In this document: positions 55,741-64,000 of the stretch, in pieces
How positions within the stretch are numbered: the stretch's first letter is position 1
How the letters are laid out: each line of letters begins with the position of its first letter
Sequence record: MT661596.1
Length of the DNA stretch: 64,000 nucleotides
Strand: one strand, 5' to 3'
Made by a program: the position numbers and the translations under genes
The notes under the pieces: model-generated
Database searches by the model: none
Told to the model about the DNA's origin: nothing
Seen by the model: only the letters and a program-made list of their open reading frames with translations

Positions 55741-57015
55741 ATGGTGGTAAACATGCAACTAGGACATGGTCTTGAAGTAATTGACCAACAACATAACAGT
55801 AAACTAAAGGCTGGGCTTCTGTCCTGTCTAGAATCTATTTATCCTAAGGTACAAGAAGAAGGTAAACTAACCCAGGATATATTAGACACTTCAGGTATTG
55901 CTGATGTCATCTTTAAAACAACAGGCATCAAAGTTAAAGCCGTTTGTGATAACACCGTCCTAGGGCGTGTAAACGCCTATATGACGTTATCAAGTATGAA
56001 TGGCTACCATGTGTTTTATGATGAGTTCAGACGCCGCGTGATTGGTTTTGATGATGCACGAGATGCCTTTAATAAAGCTAAGAGTGCGCTTGAAGGCACC
56101 GTCGATTTAAAAAACTCTAAAGTATCGGGTATCTTTTCAACTATCGGTCATACACTCGGTATTGGTTCAGCATTAATAACATCAACTAAACTAGACCCAG
56201 GTGAACTCGCCGCAATTATCGCTCACGAAATCGGTCACGCATTCACCATCATTGAAATGATTCATTACCAGACAACCACCAACATGGTTTTGAACGCCGG
56301 TATAGAAGCAGTAGTAAGCGAGCGTAATAAAGAAGTAAAATACGTTCTTGCTACTGAAGTTAATAATGTACTGGGTGTTGGTGCGAGTGATTTCAAAGAA
56401 CTCATTGATGATGATAACTATGATGCATACGCCATCGCAGTTATTGGTTCACAACAATCAAGACATCCATTCGCTGCGTTTGGGGAGTCATCCCGTGCGT
56501 ATGACGAGTCAATGGCAGAACAGATGGCTGATATGTTTGCAGCTCGTCATGGGTTAGGTAAGGAGATTGTAACAGGTCTTAATAAATTAACAACCGGCAG
56601 ACCACTACCACCCATTGTTAAATTAGGATTAAATGTAATCACTGGTATCCTTGCTCTTCCAGCTATTATTATTACACTTCCTATCATTGCCTTGACCTGT
56701 TGTTTTGGGCAGTTCTTTGGTGGTACATACGACAAACCGAAAGACCGTTTCGTTCGTGTCCGTAATCAGGTCATTAACTCATTAAAAGACCCATCCCTGA
56801 GTCGGCAGGTAAAACGTGATATTCTAGATAACCTAGAAACTATTGACTCCATTATAAACAACACAACCAACTCTTATCAGATTGTTGAAAAGATTGGGTT
56901 CATTATACGCGGCTCTCAACGTGACCGTTTCCGTAATAAGAAACTTCAGCAACAGTTAGAGTCTTTACTAGATAACACATTGTACTCAGCGGCAGCTAAA
57001 CTAGAAACAATGTAA
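55741..57015 (+). CDS. virion head protein with HExxH metallopeptidase-like motif
   Basis: GLE near N-terminus (prohead protease site type), AHEIGH, EQMADMFA. Confidence 0.65.
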   Translation: MVVNMQLGHGLEVIDQQHNSKLKAGLLSCLESIYPKVQEEGKLTQDILDTSGIADVIFKTTGIKVKAVCDNTVLGRVNAYMTLSSMNGYHVFYDEFRRRVIGFDDARDAFNKAKSALEGTVDLKNSKVSGIFSTIGHTLGIGSALITSTKLDPGELAAIIAHEIGHAFTIIEMIHYQTTTNMVLNAGIEAVVSERNKEVKYVLATEVNNVLGVGASDFKELIDDDNYDAYAIAVIGSQQSRHPFAAFGESSRAYDESMAEQMADMFAARHGLGKEIVTGLNKLTTGRPLPPIVKLGLNVITGILALPAIIITLPIIALTCCFGQFFGGTYDKPKDRFVRVRNQVINSLKDPSLSRQVKRDILDNLETIDSIINNTTNSYQIVEKIGFIIRGSQRDRFRNKKLQQQLESLLDNTLYSAAAKLETM

Positions 57016-57032
57016 TAAGGAACACCACCATC

Positions 57033-57515
57033 ATGTTAGAACTTAAATTTAAACCTATCCTTGACTTTGTCGATACTGTTCGTAAAAGTAATATTGTCGA
57101 AGCTGACCGTCGTGAAGCTGTAATCACCACTGCTATTGCGATGGCTTTAGCTTACACGGTCCCTTTAGAAGCCGCTGGTTCAGTTAACCCGATGCAGTAT
57201 TTTACCGAGGCACACAAAGCCTTTGTTAACCCAATCTGTGAAGTCGGTGAAATGAGACCACTGAACTACCAAGGTATTGTGTCAGCGGCTACGGGTATCT
57301 ATACAAATCGATACGCTATTGCTCACTGTATCTCATCCCCAATGACGACTGCACACTTTGCATCTTGGTTAGCGGGTAATGAAGGTACGTATCCTGCTCT
57401 GGAGATGGTGACTAACAACGCCAACGTCTCCCTATTCACAGCAGGTAACACAGGGTATGTACTTAATAGTGCATCAGGTTTAATGGCGGAAATTGAAGAA
57501 CCTTCAGGGGAGTAA
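57033..57515 (+). CDS. putative virion protein
   Basis: 160 aa within head operon, AAGGA RBS. Confidence 0.65.
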   Translation: MLELKFKPILDFVDTVRKSNIVEADRREAVITTAIAMALAYTVPLEAAGSVNPMQYFTEAHKAFVNPICEVGEMRPLNYQGIVSAATGIYTNRYAIAHCISSPMTTAHFASWLAGNEGTYPALEMVTNNANVSLFTAGNTGYVLNSASGLMAEIEEPSGE

Positions 57516-57518
57516 ATC

Positions 57519-58904
57519 ATGTCATTATCACTTATGACCCCATTTATACAAACCGATGGTTACGCACCACCCCACGCATTGACTGTTGTAGAAAAAGCTG
57601 ATGACGAAGTAAATAAGAAGCTTGTTGTTGGTGATTCTGAAATAAAGGCAAGCACAGAAACACTAACTCAACTTGTTAAACTCCGTGACGTTGTTCGTGA
57701 CCAGGGAATGTCTGTAGATACAGCGCAACAGTTAATGGAACTGGCACCTGAGGCAATGCCTGTTGGCTACGGTGTAGAATCGTTTACCAAAACACCAAGT
57801 AAGTACGGTTTGTCTGCTGGGATGGAAGGTATCATCAGCACAATTGTTGAAAACTTAACCAAGTTGATTAAGTTCATTATCGAGCGTATTAAATCAGGTA
57901 TTGCGGCAGCCGTAACTGCTTATGATAAGCTTCGTGGTGTCGCACCCTCTGCGTATAAGTTACAACGTCGTTTAGATTATCAAGAATCACTGATTGCTGA
58001 CCTTAACGCCACTTTTGGTAGTGGTTTTATTGAAGACTTTGAAGACCAGTTAAAAGGTAAGATAGGGTCTAGTGACGAAGCCATTGCAACCATCTCCGCT
58101 CTGTTCGGTGATGTCATTAAAATAACACCACAGTTAGAAACCGTGATGCCTATCATCGAGAATCTTAATAAAGAAGTTTCTTGGATGACGTTACATGCGG
58201 CTAAATGTGCCAACATGTTGGGTGAAAATCTACAGCTTATGTCTGAAGGTAAACGCTCTCCTGAGGCTGTTCTTAAAGAGTTTGATAAAGCATCTGACCA
58301 TCGTCGTCTGGAGCGTATTACTGGTGATATCAGAACAGTGTGTGATGTTGTTGTAAAGGCGGGTAGTGGTTTTAAAGGCAAGTCAAACGAGAAGCTTATT
58401 GAAGGGAAGTTAAATGAGAAATCATTGATGGGTATGCTCTCTGGTCTGACTATGGCAATGACCGAAGTTCGTCAAATTAAAATAACACAAAGTGACGCTG
58501 AAAACTTAAACAGTAATTCAACAAAAGATTTACTGTCTAAATTAGCAAACCTAGAGGTTGTTGACGGTCGGGTTATGGATGTTGCTGTAAAAGAAATCAA
58601 TAAAGCCAAAGTACCTGACCTTGATGACGAAATGACTGAAGAAAAGTTCATCGCCGGTCTTAACAAGTTCAGTCAATACACAGAGTCACTTAATCTTGCC
58701 GTTGCTGTTACAAAAACACTTACCACCCAATACGCAGAAGTTGTTTTAAAGTTAAACAACATTATGGCTAATCGAAACAATCTGGTGATTAAGATTTGGC
58801 GCGATAATGCAACAGATAAACAACATAAACTTAATGAAGAAGCTTCTGCTAAAATCATTAAGTCTATTGAGAAGTATCTGTCTAATGTAGCCAGAAGGCT
58901 TTAA
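57519..58904 (+). CDS. putative inner head (ejection) protein
   Basis: 461 aa, GVE and GME sites after an N-terminal propeptide-like region. Confidence 0.65.
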   Translation: MSLSLMTPFIQTDGYAPPHALTVVEKADDEVNKKLVVGDSEIKASTETLTQLVKLRDVVRDQGMSVDTAQQLMELAPEAMPVGYGVESFTKTPSKYGLSAGMEGIISTIVENLTKLIKFIIERIKSGIAAAVTAYDKLRGVAPSAYKLQRRLDYQESLIADLNATFGSGFIEDFEDQLKGKIGSSDEAIATISALFGDVIKITPQLETVMPIIENLNKEVSWMTLHAAKCANMLGENLQLMSEGKRSPEAVLKEFDKASDHRRLERITGDIRTVCDVVVKAGSGFKGKSNEKLIEGKLNEKSLMGMLSGLTMAMTEVRQIKITQSDAENLNSNSTKDLLSKLANLEVVDGRVMDVAVKEINKAKVPDLDDEMTEEKFIAGLNKFSQYTESLNLAVAVTKTLTTQYAEVVLKLNNIMANRNNLVIKIWRDNATDKQHKLNEEASAKIIKSIEKYLSNVARRL

Positions 58905-58914
58905 GGAGTAGTTA

Positions 58915-60174
58915 ATGGTCGCTAGTATTAAAGAGGCCATTACACCGGATAACATTATGGTGGTTGATGATGAGTCAACCGCCCTTAAACTTGCTGCTTC
59001 GTTAGAAGCTTTATGTATCGACATGAGTAAGTTCGAAAACTTACCTAAACAGGTACGTGATAAAGTGAGTGTTATCACGGCGTCAATGGAATCAATCCGT
59101 GAACGTGGTATTAATCAGGAATCAGTTCTCCAGCTAAATGAAGTTCTTCCTGGTGTGATAGGTAGTAAACAACCCATTAACGCATTTACAAAAGATTATT
59201 CTAATGTTAATCTTGGCTACGCCCTTGAAGAATTATCTGGTGCAAAGGTTGGTATCATAGCTGCGGCAATCACAGGGGTCATCGCCTTAATTGTAAAAGC
59301 TATTCAGTGGGTTATTAACTCAATAAAAACCTACACCAAGAAGCGACATGATGTCACTCGCATGGGGTTAACTACGGTAAAGCGTGGTGAAGGTGTTAAG
59401 TTATCTATTCCTGATATGCAAGGGAATAAAGATATCTCATTAATGGAGTATCTTAATAAAAATCCAAATACGCGAGTTCGTCACGCGGCGTACGGTTATG
59501 ACTTTCTCATCTCATTGATTGAAGGTGGGGCGTTAAACGTTGATGGGTTGAGCGAGTCTTGGGGCTTGTACGTAGATGAGATACTTTACGAATATAATCA
59601 GATTGAAAAGGCGTTTGAGTCTATCAGTTCAAATAACTACAAAGCCCCAAATCTTGAGCCATATAAAACATCACGTAACTTACACAATGTTTATAAGGCA
59701 CTTCCTAAGGGTATTGGTTACTCTGAATCGATAGGTAACGCGAACTTCGCTAAACAGCCTATATCCGAATTATTCGATTTGGGTAGAAGAATGCGAAACA
59801 CTTTTGGGACGCAGACCACATTAAGTGATGAGGCTATTGTCGACGGCGCTATTAAGTATGGTCTAGATATGGCGAGTTATAATGCAGTTAACTCCGCTAT
59901 GTATGATAGGTTAGTTGGCGGCGATTTTCCTAACAAGATGGATAAGTTATTTAAAGGGTGGAAAACCCTGATAACTAAAGTTAATCGACTAGCAGCCCAA
60001 GGTGATAGACCAGAGTTACAAGACTTGATAGACAAGATGAACGACTATACAGTTAAGATAAACTTACTTAACCAAATGTATTCGTTACTTGTTTATATTG
60101 ATGAGCAAACCATCAAGTGCATGAAGCGTATTTCTGATATCGCAACAGCCTGTGTTGAATACAACGACCTTTAA
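58915..60174 (+). CDS. putative inner head (ejection) protein
   Basis: 419 aa, SLE, SME, ALE sites; N-terminal architecture like 57519. Confidence 0.65.
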   Translation: MVASIKEAITPDNIMVVDDESTALKLAASLEALCIDMSKFENLPKQVRDKVSVITASMESIRERGINQESVLQLNEVLPGVIGSKQPINAFTKDYSNVNLGYALEELSGAKVGIIAAAITGVIALIVKAIQWVINSIKTYTKKRHDVTRMGLTTVKRGEGVKLSIPDMQGNKDISLMEYLNKNPNTRVRHAAYGYDFLISLIEGGALNVDGLSESWGLYVDEILYEYNQIEKAFESISSNNYKAPNLEPYKTSRNLHNVYKALPKGIGYSESIGNANFAKQPISELFDLGRRMRNTFGTQTTLSDEAIVDGAIKYGLDMASYNAVNSAMYDRLVGGDFPNKMDKLFKGWKTLITKVNRLAAQGDRPELQDLIDKMNDYTVKINLLNQMYSLLVYIDEQTIKCMKRISDIATACVEYNDL

Positions 60175-60179
60175 GGTCA

Positions 60180-60217
60180 GCATAAGAGGTAGCCCGTTTG
60201 GGCTACCCTTTATGCCG
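60180..60217. terminator. bidirectional hairpin flanked by GCATAA/TTATGCCG
   Basis: GGTAGCCC-GTTT-GGGCTACC between convergent genes. Confidence 0.7.
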
Positions 60218-60227
60218 ATTTAAACAA

Positions 60228-63173
60228 TCAAGAGTAACGTCCTAACATATCCTTGTGTTTAGCAAACATAACATCAACAGATTCATTCACTGTTAATCCC
60301 GCATCTGTTGTTACAGACAGCTTCTTACGGATAGCACAACGCATGGTCGCATCTTTTACAGTAATGACATTAATGTCTTTTGAATGACCAAATGCAGGTA
60401 GTTCAATATCCACTACTTCATCGGTGATGTATTCGCGTAACGCTGAAAGGATATCAGAACGTCCGAAGGTAGCTCTATTAATGACCTCAGAGATAACCTT
60501 AGGTGTGATACTAGTTAGTGACTTACGAAGGTTAGTGTTCTTAAACCCTGTATCGGTTAGATAGTAAGTAACCTCGAACTCAAGAGCAGCTTCAATCTGA
60601 CGCTCTTCCTTAGCGTTAGTGATAACGTCAATAATACCAAGAGATTGTTTAGGTCTGAATGTAGCGAATGTGCGCTCAAGTAACCGCTTATTAAGATTGG
60701 TTAAATCATTAACAAGCCAACTAACTACTTCGTCAGTGATAGCAGCAATGTAATCTTTATCGAGTTGATTTGTGGTAAAATAGTAATTACCGTCAAAACA
60801 AACAATATCGACTTCACGCAATATCACACGGTCGTTTAATGGTATCGGGTTACCGTCCTTGTCACGCTTGACGTCACCCTGTCTGTAACGGAACATAGTA
60901 ACGCCTTCGGCATCAACCATGATTTCGCCCTTCTTATGTTCAAGAATAGGCTTACCATACTCATCAAATACAAGCATTCCGTCCTTACGTTTATAAACAT
61001 CAGCCGGGTAACGCCAAGGGATGTTTTCTTCGTAACGTTGGACATCTTTCTCCGATACAACAGACCTAGACCGTGTATACATGTAAGTTAAGGCGTCACC
61101 AAACTTAACTTCATAGGACTGTTCTGTTACAGCGAGCATGTTCTTTTCAAAATACCATTTACCTAACTTACTATCCGCCTCAGAGAACACAGGGTCGTTT
61201 GGGGACTTGTTTGTTGCAATGCAACTAATGATGGTGAAACTATCAGTTAATGCGGCACGGAGTTTAGATGGGTCGTTACCAAACTGAGCAAAACTTGTAA
61301 GCACTAGCTCATCATGCTTTGTTAGGTCAAAATTGGTATCGATACTAAACAACCACATACGTTCACGTTCTGCTGTCCTTCCAACCAGCCTACCATTTAA
61401 ATAAGCCAACTGAGACTCTCTCTGAGGTGTGAACATCATCTGACATGCAACATCTTCGTCATTAAGATTTTTATAAAAATCATCTGATGACGTCATACAA
61501 AGAATGTCGTACCCGGATGGAGAACGAGAGATAGCTATTTTATCGATAACTAATTCAACACCCACGGAGTTGTTCTCATAGACAAACGTCTTATAAGGAA
61601 TAGTCGGTGTGTCTAGTGCATACACACGAGTATCGAATAGGTTATCATTGGCATCAAGTGTGTAGTAGAATGGCGAGTAGTAGTAACTGCCAGAGTTAAT
61701 CGCACGAGCAAGTTCATCTGGACCACGGGCAGTGAGGTTATCCACTTCATTATCAAGCATTAAGTGGTATCGACCTTCGCGGACTTCGTACAGTGCTTCT
61801 GGAGTTATTGTAACACGGTTACCATTATCTCTAACAGATGAACGTGTAACAAGTTGGTCCATGGACTCCTGTATTGTTACAATACCTACACCGACCGCTG
61901 TTGATAAACCCTTATTCGTTTGTATTGGTAAAGAACGTGTTGCTTGATAGGTTCGTTTTGTTGGAACCTCTTCAGCTTTTAATGTATCGTATCCTAGTTT
62001 ATCCAGATGATATTCTAACTGCTCGGGGGTAACAGGTAGGTCCGTCTTATTACTCTGATAAATAACAGAGTCCCTGAGTTCTGCAACAGTCATTGCATTC
62101 TTACCACCTGTAACACCACCAATGACTTCCATGGTCTTTTCCGCAAACACGGACAAAGGTGTCGAGTAAGGTGATAATACTCGGTGCTCATAGTTGAAGT
62201 CAGCCCACACTGCTTTAATAGAAGAACTTTTAACTGTAACAGTTTCAAGTAATAGCTCACCTTTAGTTGTGTAAACGTCAACACGCACCTGACCAACCCC
62301 TAATCGGTTATTTACGTACACTTCAGGAAGACGTATTACAACTGTATTTTCTAATACCTTGGCAGTAAAAGTTAACACGTTAGCATCGTAAATTAAATCA
62401 CTGTGTGTTACTCTAGCTTCAGCCCAAGGGTCATTCTTTGTTGAACGAGTAAATACTCGAACATAATAGAACGAATCATTATCCAATGGGTAAGTTGCCT
62501 TAAAACCACCTGCATCAGTAATCTTGTCATAATACGGAGTGGCTTTGAATTGACGGAGTGGTACGTCAATACGAATATATTCATTGTTGTTACTGTGAAT
62601 AATCCGCCACTCTATTTGGTTAGTCTCAACACGTAATAAAGGAGAGGGTTCGGATACATCATAAACAACAACGAAACCACCGTGTTTCATGACACGAATT
62701 TCAATAGGGTATTCTAAACTAAATGTAATACCAATGATTTCAAACGACGAGTTTCTTGGTATGACAAGTTTAGAGTAAACACTATCCTCGTCTTCAGCAC
62801 CAGTCGGTTGTACAGGAACTGCGCGTTTACGAACTTCATCGGCATTAAAGACAAATGCAACAGGTATACGCGATGGCTCACCAAACCGACCACCGTAGTC
62901 TTCATCAGACATGTGGTTATATAAATCGGAATAGGACTGACTTATCACCGGATATCGTTTAGTTGTTAAATCTTCGTGGTTTTGCATGATAGCCGATGCA
63001 GTCATTGAAGCAAATTCTAATGCATAAATAAAAGGATTATTCGCATCAGGTATTTCAATAGACCCATTCAACGCCCTGTCCAACGTATCCAGACCAATGT
63101 CCTGCATTCTCGTTGGGTCATTACGAGCATCTATTAGCATTTGAATTAATTTAGTTTGTTTTAAATTAGACAT
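60228..63173 (-). CDS. large baseplate/tail structural protein (gp87-like)
   Basis: 981 aa; GGKNAMTVAELR and TPEQLE resemble baseplate wedge/J-like segments; synteny. Confidence 0.65.
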   Translation of the reverse strand: MSNLKQTKLIQMLIDARNDPTRMQDIGLDTLDRALNGSIEIPDANNPFIYALEFASMTASAIMQNHEDLTTKRYPVISQSYSDLYNHMSDEDYGGRFGEPSRIPVAFVFNADEVRKRAVPVQPTGAEDEDSVYSKLVIPRNSSFEIIGITFSLEYPIEIRVMKHGGFVVVYDVSEPSPLLRVETNQIEWRIIHSNNNEYIRIDVPLRQFKATPYYDKITDAGGFKATYPLDNDSFYYVRVFTRSTKNDPWAEARVTHSDLIYDANVLTFTAKVLENTVVIRLPEVYVNNRLGVGQVRVDVYTTKGELLLETVTVKSSSIKAVWADFNYEHRVLSPYSTPLSVFAEKTMEVIGGVTGGKNAMTVAELRDSVIYQSNKTDLPVTPEQLEYHLDKLGYDTLKAEEVPTKRTYQATRSLPIQTNKGLSTAVGVGIVTIQESMDQLVTRSSVRDNGNRVTITPEALYEVREGRYHLMLDNEVDNLTARGPDELARAINSGSYYYSPFYYTLDANDNLFDTRVYALDTPTIPYKTFVYENNSVGVELVIDKIAISRSPSGYDILCMTSSDDFYKNLNDEDVACQMMFTPQRESQLAYLNGRLVGRTAERERMWLFSIDTNFDLTKHDELVLTSFAQFGNDPSKLRAALTDSFTIISCIATNKSPNDPVFSEADSKLGKWYFEKNMLAVTEQSYEVKFGDALTYMYTRSRSVVSEKDVQRYEENIPWRYPADVYKRKDGMLVFDEYGKPILEHKKGEIMVDAEGVTMFRYRQGDVKRDKDGNPIPLNDRVILREVDIVCFDGNYYFTTNQLDKDYIAAITDEVVSWLVNDLTNLNKRLLERTFATFRPKQSLGIIDVITNAKEERQIEAALEFEVTYYLTDTGFKNTNLRKSLTSITPKVISEVINRATFGRSDILSALREYITDEVVDIELPAFGHSKDINVITVKDATMRCAIRKKLSVTTDAGLTVNESVDVMFAKHKDMLGRYS

Positions 63174-63176
63174 TTC

Positions 63177-64000
63177 TTATTTACCTTCGTTTGGAACCCA
63201 CCATTGGAACTCGTTAGTATTCACATCTATATAAGGATAACCTACATAGTTGTAATACTGGTACTCGTCAGGGGTTAGTTTACGGTAAAACTTTTCTCTA
63301 ACACCAGGCTTCATTTGCTCGTTGAATAGCTCAACTGTAGCATTAAAGTCAAGTATTACTGACATTGAATTGTATCGCCACCCAACACACGACCATTGAC
63401 AAGAGATACTGGCGTTAGCACTTATTAATGGATTCTTGTTAGTTGAGTTGAAGTCAAATGAATTACTAATTGGGTTAGTCCCCGCAATTGCAGCGTAAGG
63501 TGCTCCAATCTTTGTGACGTACCGATATGTTTGGTCTAACACAATTCTGTAGAACCGAACTGTGTAGTCAATATAGTTATTTACGATAGCATCCCAATAA
63601 GGAATCATCTCGCCTAGATAAACCCCAGAAGCATAAGTTTGTAGAACATCAAGGCACATTGTGACAGGGTCACCTTGAATATTTGAGTGAGTTGACGTAA
63701 CATTATATGCTTCATGGAACTCGGATTGGCTATCCACCATAGTCCAGGTTTCCTTACGTGAACCAGCCGGTGCGGTATACATGTCTATCACAATGTCGGG
63801 GAAACCCGTCATTGATTCTAATGTATTAGAAAAGATTGGCATGAATGCTTGACTGTTATCAAATAAGTCACTGTACATGTTTCTATTTATAGTACCCGTG
63901 CTATCGAACATTGAGCGTATAGCGCCAGGTATAGTGTTTGGGTTATTTGTCGCAAGAGCTAACAACTTCTCTTTACGCATCAAGTTATCATGTGAAAGGT
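63177..64000 (-). CDS. tail/baseplate structural protein (gp88-like), 5' truncated by window edge
   Basis: Frame stays open past 63983 to the window end. Confidence 0.6.
   Translation of the reverse strand, partial: LSHDNLMRKEKLLALATNNPNTIPGAIRSMFDSTGTINRNMYSDLFDNSQAFMPIFSNTLESMTGFPDIVIDMYTAPAGSRKETWTMVDSQSEFHEAYNVTSTHSNIQGDPVTMCLDVLQTYASGVYLGEMIPYWDAIVNNYIDYTVRFYRIVLDQTYRYVTKIGAPYAAIAGTNPISNSFDFNSTNKNPLISANASISCQWSCVGWRYNSMSVILDFNATVELFNEQMKPGVREKFYRKLTPDEYQYYNYVGYPYIDVNTNEFQWWVPNEGK

Noticed and set aside
1-64000. CRISPR array, integrase, transposase, rRNA
   Set aside because: No regularly spaced repeats or diagnostic motifs seen

Overview
AT-rich segment of a nucleus-forming phiKZ-like jumbo phage (chimallivirus), probably infecting a gammaproteobacterium. 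It carries the conserved core block in phiKZ order: PhuZ tubulin, split family-B DNA polymerase (two genes about 40 kb apart), chimallin, non-virion RNA polymerase subunits, SbcD-like nuclease, SSB-like protein, a PicA/Imp1 candidate, an intein-containing SF2 helicase, RNA ligase, a virion RNAP subunit, and head and baseplate proteins. phiKZ gp-number equivalences rest on motifs plus synteny, not on a database search. The first 2.8 kb is an unusually RNA-rich island. It holds three canonical tRNAs, a tRNA-Ile with an AAU anticodon, two tRNA-like RNAs, a roughly 340-nt structured RNA candidate, and a textbook hammerhead ribozyme next to a four-way-junction domain. Other highlights: a candidate G/GT-type -1 frameshift in a tail-assembly-chaperone-like gene pair, a class 3 intein starting with Leu, a pseudoknot behind phuZ, and a dispersed hairpin-TTATGCCG 3'-end signal. 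RNA structures were folded by eye.
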